Below are positions 9,911-17,610 of a stretch of 64,000 nt of DNA, in pieces. The DNA comes from an uncultured Gammaproteobacteria bacterium (GTDB lineage: Bacteria; Patescibacteriota; Microgenomatia; Levybacterales; UBA12049). Position 1 is the first letter of the stretch; each line of letters opens with the position of its first letter. The notes under the pieces are model-generated. The model was given only the letters and a program-made list of their open reading frames with translations, was not told the DNA's origin and did not search any database. Both the position numbers and the translations under genes were made by a program. The DNA lies in assembly GCA_964490105.1 (NCBI GenBank), contig CAZAZU010000001.1, positions 370,361-434,360 of the forward strand. Direction: 5' to 3'.

Positions 9911-11230
9911 CTATTGCCTGCGCTTTTTGTTCCAATAATTACCGCGTCTTGGAAGCAACTGTTCGTCTTTTTTATCTTTAAGCAGCATCTCCACTGCTCT
10001 TTCTAGATAGAGAGTATTTTGCGAACCTTTTACTAACACAATATCTCCCCTTCGAATTTCATTTTCCAGAATTTCTTTTGCCTCTTTAAATGTTTCGAAA
10101 TGTTTAAATGGAAAATTGCTCTTTTCCAAAACAGGCTTTACATATTCTCCCATTAAGGGACCTATTAAAATTGCATAGTCTAAATTTTTTATGATTACTT
10201 TTGCTAACTCTACATGCTGCACTCTTCCCAAAGTCCCAAGCTCTCTCATGTCCCCAAGTATTCCCACTTTTCTTCCCGCTTTTATTTGCTTAATAATTTC
10301 AATCGCTCCTTTTGCAGCATTAAGCGAAGAATTGTATGAAGAATCAATAATTGTAGTGTCCTTAATTCCCTCAAATATGGAAAATCTGCCAGGAGGAAGA
10401 GAAAAATTTTCCTGCGTTAATTTTATTGCTTCATTAATATTAAACTTACAAACAAATGCAACAGCTACTGCTTCCATCAAGGAATAAGCAAAATATTTTG
10501 GAAGAGGTTTATCAATATTTAAAATATAATGATCTTTTAAGAAAATAAAATTAATATTAAAACCGTTTTCAGAAACTTGAATATTGGAAATATAAAAATC
10601 GGCATTCTTGTCATTTGCTGAAATCGTGACGACCTTGGATTTTAATGGCAAAAGACTTGCGATATTTTTATCATCCAAGTTAACAATTGATGTACCGTTT
10701 GAATCAATTGATTTAAGAAGTAATCCTTCTTCTTTAGAAGTAAGATTTAAAATTTGCTCTTTTCTTTTAGATTCATCCTCTTCTTTTATTAAATTATCAA
10801 AATTCAAACTGTGCTCTATGTCTATATTTGTGAGTACTCCTATATTTGGATTCACAATTGAAAGAAGATATTCCATATTTTTTGGCGGCTTGGGACTGTC
10901 AATTCCCATTTCAAGAACCAAAAAGTCATATTTCTTATTATTAGTGATAACTCTGAGAGGAGCTAAAAATAAAACCTTAAACCATTCCTTAAGCGTATAA
11001 TTATCTATGTCAATATCTAGTATATTTAAGGGGATTCCGGTCTCGCTATTTTTTCCTTTCCCCTCTTTTATGTTGAATTTTGATCCTAAAATTTTCCCAA
11101 TTAAAAGCGCCGTGGAAGTTTTTCCGCTCGCTCCTCCAATTCCTATTATTACTGGGTTAATTTTTTTTAGCTGAATTCTTGCAAAATATCTGATATAAGA
11201 CAGATATAATTTAATAAATAAATTCTTCAT
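9911..11230 (-). CDS. murF: Mur ligase, MurF-like (D-Ala-D-Ala adding enzyme) lacking the N-terminal domain
   Basis: The P-loop GIGGASGKTSTA lies at residue ~30. GKNSETGIPLNIL resembles the MurF NNxIGVPLTLL motif. The C-terminal IIDSSYNSSLNAA...GILGDMRELG...VLVKGSQN matches the MurF C-terminal domain. Confidence 0.62.
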   Translation of the reverse strand: MKNLFIKLYLSYIRYFARIQLKKINPVIIGIGGASGKTSTALLIGKILGSKFNIKEGKGKNSETGIPLNILDIDIDNYTLKEWFKVLFLAPLRVITNNKKYDFLVLEMGIDSPKPPKNMEYLLSIVNPNIGVLTNIDIEHSLNFDNLIKEEDESKRKEQILNLTSKEEGLLLKSIDSNGTSIVNLDDKNIASLLPLKSKVVTISANDKNADFYISNIQVSENGFNINFIFLKDHYILNIDKPLPKYFAYSLMEAVAVAFVCKFNINEAIKLTQENFSLPPGRFSIFEGIKDTTIIDSSYNSSLNAAKGAIEIIKQIKAGRKVGILGDMRELGTLGRVQHVELAKVIIKNLDYAILIGPLMGEYVKPVLEKSNFPFKHFETFKEAKEILENEIRRGDIVLVKGSQNTLYLERAVEMLLKDKKDEQLLPRRGNYWNKKRRQ

Positions 11231-11242
11231 ATTTTATTCAAT

Positions 11243-12925
11243 TTAATTCTCAGGCGCTATTCCATAATATGTAAATAGCTCTTTGGCTATACTAAAGAAA
11301 ACAGGAGCAGCTGTCTCTGCACCGTAGATTCTAGCAGTTGGCCTGTCTAAAATCACTAGCATTACGAATTTAGGGTTGTCCGCAGGCGCAAATCCTATAA
11401 ATGACGCTATGGTTTTTGTTGGATCATACTTTCCCTCAACCGGAATTGAGGCAGTTCCTGTTTTTCCAGCTACCCTATATCCCTCAGTCTTTGCCCATTT
11501 AGCTTCACCCTTATCAACTGCATTTACTAATACCTCAGTCATCACCTTGGCTGTCGCCTGAGTTATGGGTTTTCCTATTTCTTTGGGGGGTATTTTTGCA
11601 ACTTCGCCGTGAATATCTGTAACAGATGCCACAATATGAGGCTCCATCATAATTCCGTTATTCGCGATCGAGGAAAACGCAGTTAATAGTTCAATGGGGG
11701 TTATGGAAATTCCCTGTCCAAAACCTGTGGTGGCAAGGTCCACTGCATACCAATTTTCCTTAGGTTTAATTTCTGCTACCACTTCTCCCTGAAGATCAAT
11801 TCCGGTTAATTTTCCAATTCCAAATCTATCTAGATACTTAAGCATTCTATCTAACCCTAATTTTTGTGCAGTATAAACCATTCCGGTATTATCTGAGTGC
11901 TGAATAACCTCAAGCATAGTCGCATTTGGAAAATATTCATCATTCCAGGTATGAAGATCGTATCCGCCTACTGAAACTGGACCCGCGCAAATCGGGCATT
12001 TGCTTTGAGGTGTTAAGAGTTTTTCATTAAATGCCGCAGACATTACTAATGGCTTAAAAGTAGAACCAGGCTCGTATAGATTTGATACAAATGTATTTTT
12101 ATAAAGATCACTTGAATATTCTTCGTACGTTGCAGGATCAAAGGATGGATAATTTGCCATCGCTAAAATTGCACCACTCTTTGGATCCATAATTCCTACC
12201 ATCCCCCCAACTGCACCGTATCTCTCAATTCCGTCTTTAAGTTTTTTTTCTGCTAAAAACTGGATGGATCTATTTATGTGAAGATTTAAACTACTTCCGT
12301 CTGTTCCGAATGATTTTTCATTATCTACTCGCGCTAAAATCGGCCTGCCGATAGCGTCATGTATTTGGACAGCGGATCCGTGTTTTCCTTTTAAAAGCCT
12401 GTCATAATACCCTTCGATTCCTGAATAACCCTTACTCCCACCATTTTCATCTTTGCCCACAAAACCTAATAAACTTGCGGCCATTGATGCTTCTGGATAA
12501 AACCTTTCAAATTGCTTTTCGAACCCTAGTCCTAAAATTTCTTCCTTTTCTATTTGCTCCCGGATCAAGGGACTAATACCATGCGCTATTGGAACCCAAA
12601 ACAAATCCTGCTCAAGCTGTGCACTTATTGAAGCCCTATCAATACCTAATGTTTCTGATAATAATCTTGCAACCTGTGATTTATTTTTTACTTCTTTGGG
12701 GTTTGCATATAAAAGATAAGTTATCTTATTTGCAGCAATTGGAAATCCATCAGAAGTTAAGATTTCGCCTCTTACAGGTTCAATTTTTATAGACTGACCG
12801 TACTGTATTTGCCCAAGCTCAGATAACTCTTCCGCTTTTACTACTTGCCAGTAAAAAAGACGAAGTAAAATGACCCCGAAAATTATCGTAAAAACTAGCA
12901 GAACTGTTCTATATCTTAAAATCAT
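11243..12925 (-). CDS. ftsI: Class B penicillin-binding protein / peptidoglycan D,D-transpeptidase FtsI
   Basis: It has an N-terminal TM anchor, a dimerisation domain, and the transpeptidase motifs STFKP (SxxK), HSDN (SxN) and KTGTA. It follows ftsL as expected. Confidence 0.85.
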   Translation of the reverse strand: MILRYRTVLLVFTIIFGVILLRLFYWQVVKAEELSELGQIQYGQSIKIEPVRGEILTSDGFPIAANKITYLLYANPKEVKNKSQVARLLSETLGIDRASISAQLEQDLFWVPIAHGISPLIREQIEKEEILGLGFEKQFERFYPEASMAASLLGFVGKDENGGSKGYSGIEGYYDRLLKGKHGSAVQIHDAIGRPILARVDNEKSFGTDGSSLNLHINRSIQFLAEKKLKDGIERYGAVGGMVGIMDPKSGAILAMANYPSFDPATYEEYSSDLYKNTFVSNLYEPGSTFKPLVMSAAFNEKLLTPQSKCPICAGPVSVGGYDLHTWNDEYFPNATMLEVIQHSDNTGMVYTAQKLGLDRMLKYLDRFGIGKLTGIDLQGEVVAEIKPKENWYAVDLATTGFGQGISITPIELLTAFSSIANNGIMMEPHIVASVTDIHGEVAKIPPKEIGKPITQATAKVMTEVLVNAVDKGEAKWAKTEGYRVAGKTGTASIPVEGKYDPTKTIASFIGFAPADNPKFVMLVILDRPTARIYGAETAAPVFFSIAKELFTYYGIAPEN

Positions 12926-13206
12926 CTAAGAGAAGCGATCGGCCTCGCCTTCGTTAAGGCAAAATTTGACTTACTGTCAACGAAACCGATTCTTGCGGCT
13001 TCTGAAGCAATGTGGGTTAATGAACTAAGAGAATAAATTTTTTCTCTTATGATCACATTTTCGGTTCTAACTTTTACTAATTCATCTTGAGTTTTTCCTA
13101 AAGCTACTCCTTTTGTAGAAATTTTGTTAGAAATTGCAGTACGCGTTATAAAAAGACCAACGATTACTAGTATTAAAATGGCTAAAACAAATATTGGTTT
13201 TTTCAT
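12922..13206 (-). CDS. FtsL-like small bitopic cell-division protein
   Basis: The 94-aa protein has an N-terminal TM helix followed by a heptad-like region. It occupies the ftsL slot between rsmH and ftsI. Confidence 0.45.
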   Translation of the reverse strand: MKKPIFVLAILILVIVGLFITRTAISNKISTKGVALGKTQDELVKVRTENVIIREKIYSLSSLTHIASEAARIGFVDSKSNFALTKARPIASLR

Positions 13207-13214
13207 ATTTTCTT

Positions 13215-14138
13215 TTAAGCTGAGCTTGCCGAACGCTCAAATATCCTTAGTTTTGCACTTTTACTCCTGCCATTTTCCTCTATTTCTTTTGCTGTTGGTA
13301 ATATCGGTTTATTTGTTATTATTTTCCCCAGTTTTTTATCTTCAAACTCTATAAATGCCCTTTTTACAATTCTGTCTTCCAAAGAATGAAATGTTATTAT
13401 CGCAATCCTTCCATCGTTCTCTAGTAGCTCTAATGCCTTAGGCAACGCTTCTTTTAGACTTCCCAATTCGTCGTTGACTGCAATTCTTAATGCCTGGAAA
13501 ACTCTTTTTCCAGATGTTGCTCTTGCAAAATCGTTAACAGTTCTAAATCCATATGCTGTTGCTAAAGTAAGTGTCAAATCGTCAGTCGTCTTAAAAGGCG
13601 CTATTTTTCTTCTTTTAATTATTAAGTCTGCAACCCTATTCGCATTTGTTTCTTCACCTAAATTTCTAAATAAATCTACAAGCTCACTTTTACCTAAGGC
13701 ATTCACTAGATCACTAGCTGTGACAGTAAGACTTTTGTCCATTCTCATATCTAAAGGTCCAGGTAAAATATAAGAAAATCCCCTCTGGGCAGTATCAATC
13801 TGGTGTGAGGATATTCCTAAATCAAAAAGAATTCCCCGCACTTTTTCAAATCCGTGTTCCCGAGCTAATGTGTCAATATTCCTGAAATTACCCTTAGCTA
13901 GAATTAGACTAGAACTATCAAGCTTACTTTTAACAAATGAAAGAGCTTCATCATCCTGGTCAATTCCCAAGACTAATCCCCCACTATTTAAGATCGCTTC
14001 GGTATGTCCGCCGCCGCCTAAAGTCGCGTCAATATATTTGCGGCCTTTTGCGACAGAGAGTGCGTCAATTGCTTCGCTTAAAAGTACAGATTTATGATAT
14101 TTCATTTGTTTTTGATAATTTTTCAGTAATTGGTTCAA
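13215..14138 (-). CDS. rsmH: 16S rRNA (cytosine1402-N4)-methyltransferase RsmH (MraW)
   Basis: YHKSVLLSEAIDAL, DATLGGGGH (SAM motif) and the 'FHSLEDRIVK' motif are RsmH signatures. The true start is probably the internal MKYHKSV Met near 14105, which reduces the overlap with mraZ. Confidence 0.88.
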   Translation of the reverse strand: MNQLLKNYQKQMKYHKSVLLSEAIDALSVAKGRKYIDATLGGGGHTEAILNSGGLVLGIDQDDEALSFVKSKLDSSSLILAKGNFRNIDTLAREHGFEKVRGILFDLGISSHQIDTAQRGFSYILPGPLDMRMDKSLTVTASDLVNALGKSELVDLFRNLGEETNANRVADLIIKRRKIAPFKTTDDLTLTLATAYGFRTVNDFARATSGKRVFQALRIAVNDELGSLKEALPKALELLENDGRIAIITFHSLEDRIVKRAFIEFEDKKLGKIITNKPILPTAKEIEENGRSKSAKLRIFERSASSA

Positions 14139-14529
14139 TTTTTTTAATTAATTCTGAATTGTGTGTTTCCCAACGTTTTTTGTCCCAAATTTGCACATAT
14201 CTCATAACTCCCAAAATACTTACATCCTCAGTCAAGCTTGCGTAATTTTTTAAATAATTAGGCACTATGAATCTTCCTTTGTTATCTAGCGTAACTTCTT
14301 CAGCTGAAGCCAGGAGAAATCTTTCAATTTCACGAGCACTTTTATCAATAATTGGCTTTCCTCTTGTTCCCTCTAGAAGAAGTTCAAATTTACTAACCGA
14401 TATAACTATCAAAGAGCTTTCAAAACCCTGAGTTACAATTAAATTGTCACCCAGTTCTTTTCTAAATTTTCTAGGTAATATAATTCTGTTTTTCTCATCA
14501 ATTTTACCGTCCTGCCTGCCTATCAACAT
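14092..14529 (-). CDS. mraZ: Transcriptional regulator MraZ
   Basis: The 145-aa protein has two tandem MraZ-type repeats (RIILP / RFIVP motifs). It is the first gene of the dcw cluster. Confidence 0.85.
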   Translation of the reverse strand: MLIGRQDGKIDEKNRIILPRKFRKELGDNLIVTQGFESSLIVISVSKFELLLEGTRGKPIIDKSAREIERFLLASAEEVTLDNKGRFIVPNYLKNYASLTEDVSILGVMRYVQIWDKKRWETHNSELIKKIEPITEKLSKTNEIS

Positions 14530-14554
14530 ATTTGCCTCAAACTATATCATTTGT

Positions 14555-14614
14555 CCCACTTTTTCCCACTTTGAACAATAAATCTATTGTGCTCAATTCC
14601 GTGAAAAGTGTCAA
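14555..14614 (-). promoter_or_regulatory. mraZ promoter region with MraZ-box direct repeats
   Basis: The minus strand reads TTGACA (14609-14614), a 17-nt spacer, then CACAAT (14586-14591). Downstream are two GTGGG repeats with a 5-nt spacer (14555-14559 and 14565-14569, read as cccac on plus), about 25 nt upstream of the mraZ ATG. E. coli MraZ binds GTGGG direct repeats with this 10-bp periodicity. Confidence 0.5.
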
Positions 14615-14697
14615 GAGGCATTTCACGAAAATAGTGTGAATTGGCAAGCTAAAACACTATATAAAGTAGGCTTATAGGAAATTGGTCTGAGGAATTA

Positions 14698-15174
14698 TTA
14701 GAGCTTTACGACTTTTTGAACTTGGTATTCTTTTCCATCTTTCTTTGTAACTTTTAAGTTAATAGTTATATCTGAGGTTACGTTGTCATAACGGCATTTT
14801 CCAGCTGAACAAGTACCAAACTCTCTATAATTTGTGTCTGTTCGTCCGTCTTTTCCGATTTCCATGATTCCGAAGATTCCTTCATTTGCGGTCTCACCCT
14901 CAACCTCTTTCTCATATTCAATCGTATATTCCACTAACTCTATGTCCGAAGCTTTTGTTAGCTCAAACATGAGAGCTTTGTTATCAGGCCTTATGGTTAC
15001 TTCCATTCCTATGTCTTCAGGGGAAAGAGTAGGCAAATCTGACTCTGTTATTTCGTCAGATGGACTTTCTGTACTTGACCCTTGCTTCATCCACAAAAAT
15101 GAGCCACCGGCTAAAGCTAAAATCAAAAATACAGCCACCGCTGCAATAATTTTTTTATTTTTTATTATTTCCAC
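14698..15174 (-). CDS. Hypothetical signal-anchored extracytoplasmic protein
   Basis: One N-terminal TM/signal anchor is followed by an acidic linker and a domain with a Cys pair (GTCSAGKC). I recognise no family. Confidence 0.45.
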   Translation of the reverse strand: MEIIKNKKIIAAVAVFLILALAGGSFLWMKQGSSTESPSDEITESDLPTLSPEDIGMEVTIRPDNKALMFELTKASDIELVEYTIEYEKEVEGETANEGIFGIMEIGKDGRTDTNYREFGTCSAGKCRYDNVTSDITINLKVTKKDGKEYQVQKVVKL

Positions 15175-15207
15175 TAGAATTAGAATAGCTAAAAATTAAA
15201 TGCATTG

Positions 15208-15651
15208 TCAAGAAGCCTTAGCTTTTGGAGCTGGAAAAAATTCAGGAAATCCTTCCCTTGCTCTACTTAAAGCTTCTTTGCCAACAAGATGCTCATCACC
15301 AATCAAGAATTCTACCTCTCCAAAAAGCTCATTTGAATCCCTAAGAGATCTAGAAACCTGAAGAAATAAACTCCTGTCTCCTTCAACGATTCTCAGTGCC
15401 TCAACAGGCTCTAATCCTTCAGTTTCCTGCATAGCTGCAGAATAACCATAAGATTTACCATCTATGTCAAAGGGTATCAACTCTGGGGGCTTAGTTCCAG
15501 ATCTAATATACTCAAGCTCATGAGCAACTATTTCCGTAAATGCCTCCGAATGAGCACCAATCCCCTCGGCTAAATCATTCATAGCTGTTGTGACTTGAGC
15601 ACTAAAAGGAATATTTTCAATCTCAACTGGTGATTCTACAGATTCACCCAT
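15208..15651 (-). CDS. Hypothetical acidic protein, translationally coupled to glyS
   Basis: The start is directly adjacent to the glyS stop. The protein is lysine-poor and E/A/G/L-rich, unlike its K-rich neighbours, and the DNA looks GC-richer than surrounding genes. No family recognised. Confidence 0.45.
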   Translation of the reverse strand: MGESVESPVEIENIPFSAQVTTAMNDLAEGIGAHSEAFTEIVAHELEYIRSGTKPPELIPFDIDGKSYGYSAAMQETEGLEPVEALRIVEGDRSLFLQVSRSLRDSNELFGEVEFLIGDEHLVGKEALSRAREGFPEFFPAPKAKAS

Positions 15652-17037
15652 TTATTTTAATTTATCAGCAATAAAATCGTGGAGCTTACTTATTTCAATT
15701 CTTTCCTGAGTAGCGCTATCGCGGTCTCTGATGGTCACAGTATCGTTTTCAAGAGTCTCAAAGTCCACAGTTATACAATACGGTGTTCCTGCTTCATCCT
15801 GAGAAAGATAGCGCTTCCCAATATTTCCCCTATCATCCCAGGAAACATTAAAATCTTTCTTTAAACTGTCATAAATTCCACGAGCTTTCTCGACCAATTC
15901 TGGTTTGTTTGCTAGAAGAGGGAATATCGCGGCCTTAAATGGAGCTATTTTAGGCGAAAGTTTTAACAAAACTCTACCATCATTCTCTGTATATGCGTCT
16001 ATCAGAGTCATAAGAAGAAGCCTGTTAATTCCTACTGCTGGCTCGATTACATGAGGCATAATCTTCTCATTAGTATTTGGGTCCATAATCGTTAAATCTT
16101 TATTCGATGCCTCAGAATGCTTTGTTAGATCATAATCTGTTCGATAGGCTAGTCCCCATAATTCTTTAAACCCAAAGGGGAACTGATACTCCAAATCTTC
16201 TGTTCTTTTACTGTAAAAAGATCTTTCTTTGTCGTCATGCTCTCTCCATCTTAGATTTTCCGATCGAATCCCCAGATCCTTAAGAACGAATTCAAAAACT
16301 CTTTCCTTCCATTCATTGAAAATTTCTTCCCAATTCGATCTATTTGGATCAAAGAAGTATTCTATTTCTCCCTGTTCAAACTCAATTGTTCTAAAAACAG
16401 AATTTCCTGGAGTTATTTCATTTCTAAAACTTTTTCCAATCTGTCCAATTCCGAATGGCAAACGAACTCGAGTAGAATCAACTACATTCTTAAAATTAAT
16501 AAATATTCCTTGCGCAGTTTCACCTCTTAAATATGCTTGACCCTGTTCTCCTTCAACTATTCCAAGTTGTACTGGGAATAAAAGATTAAACTTTCTGACT
16601 TTTGTCCAGTCTTTTTTTCCGCAAACAGGACATTTTATTTCATTCTCGTCGATAATTTTATCCAACTCTTCAGGGTTCAATCCCTCGACTAATTTTTTCT
16701 CATTTCTTTTCTCAAAATATCCTTCAATAAGATGATCTGCTCGCATTCTTGCTTTACAATTCCTGCAATCAATCATGGCATCGGCAAAGCTTGCCGTGTG
16801 TCCTGAAGCTTCCCAGACCTTGTGATGAGAAATAATGCTACTATCAAGCCCTACCATGTCTGATTTTTCCTGAACAAAAGCTTTCCACCAGAGATTCCTA
16901 ATATTTCTAAGGAGTTCTGCTCCCAAAGGTCCGTAATCATAGCTATTTGCAAGCCCGCCATAAATATCGGATCCTGGATAAATAAATCCGCGCCTTTTAG
17001 AAAGCGCCACAATCTTTTCCATTAAATTTTCTTCCAT
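15652..17037 (-). CDS. glyQS: Glycine--tRNA ligase, alpha2 (GlyQS / archaeal-eukaryotic) type
   Basis: The N-terminal RRGFIYPGSDIYGGLANSYDYGPLG, class II aaRS motifs and a C-terminal anticodon-binding domain identify it. At 461 aa it is a single chain, not split glyQ/glyS. Confidence 0.88.
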   Translation of the reverse strand: MEENLMEKIVALSKRRGFIYPGSDIYGGLANSYDYGPLGAELLRNIRNLWWKAFVQEKSDMVGLDSSIISHHKVWEASGHTASFADAMIDCRNCKARMRADHLIEGYFEKRNEKKLVEGLNPEELDKIIDENEIKCPVCGKKDWTKVRKFNLLFPVQLGIVEGEQGQAYLRGETAQGIFINFKNVVDSTRVRLPFGIGQIGKSFRNEITPGNSVFRTIEFEQGEIEYFFDPNRSNWEEIFNEWKERVFEFVLKDLGIRSENLRWREHDDKERSFYSKRTEDLEYQFPFGFKELWGLAYRTDYDLTKHSEASNKDLTIMDPNTNEKIMPHVIEPAVGINRLLLMTLIDAYTENDGRVLLKLSPKIAPFKAAIFPLLANKPELVEKARGIYDSLKKDFNVSWDDRGNIGKRYLSQDEAGTPYCITVDFETLENDTVTIRDRDSATQERIEISKLHDFIADKLK

Positions 17038-17072
17038 GAGGCAATGATAGCAAATAAGAGGCTATTTATAAA

Positions 17073-17609
17073 CTAGAAGATCTGGGGGATTATTCTTTTT
17101 GTTTTGATTTTCTTTTCCATGATTTCTTCTATAAAACTCTCTGAATCTTCTAAAAACATCTGCTCTCTTGGCCAGAAACCTAGAAGAATTATTAATTCTT
17201 CTTCAAATCTTTTTATTCTTTTTCTGGGATCCGGAGTTATTTCAAGATCATAAAAAACCTGCTGGAGTAAATTAAACACTGCGCGATTTTCCTGATGCTC
17301 TGGAAGCAAACCATCTACTAGCTCACAAACATAAAATGCATACCCTGCTTTTTCAAGATCAGATTTTAGATTTGAATAATGATTTAGAGTTTCTACTTCT
17401 GTAAGAATTGGCATACGGCCTTCATGACAGCTAAAAACACTCAAATTTAGAAGCTCTATGTGAGAAGACCTACGGCTTGAAATCTTCCTAACTCCCTTAG
17501 CAATAACTGAAATTTTTCCTTTATTCTTAGTAATAACTGTAAGAATTCTATCAGCCTCACCAAAGTTTTTTCTCTTTATAACAATTCCCTCAGTCTTAAA
17601 AGATCTCAT
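17073..17609 (-). CDS. recO: DNA repair protein RecO (short form)
   Basis: The N-terminal OB-fold signature is EGIVIKRKNFGEADRILTVITKNKGKI. At 178 aa it lacks most of the C-terminal zinc-binding region. Confidence 0.55.
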   Translation of the reverse strand: MRSFKTEGIVIKRKNFGEADRILTVITKNKGKISVIAKGVRKISSRRSSHIELLNLSVFSCHEGRMPILTEVETLNHYSNLKSDLEKAGYAFYVCELVDGLLPEHQENRAVFNLLQQVFYDLEITPDPRKRIKRFEEELIILLGFWPREQMFLEDSESFIEEIMEKKIKTKRIIPQIF

Positions 17610-17610
17610 A

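Noticed and set aside
9911-11230. Alternative call for the second Mur-ligase gene as MurT, FolC or CapB-like (because the P-loop is near the N-terminus)
   Set aside because: There is no Cys4 zinc ribbon (MurT) and no FolC motifs. The C-terminal SSYNSS...GDMRELG...KGSQ block and the GIPLNIL motif are MurF-specific.
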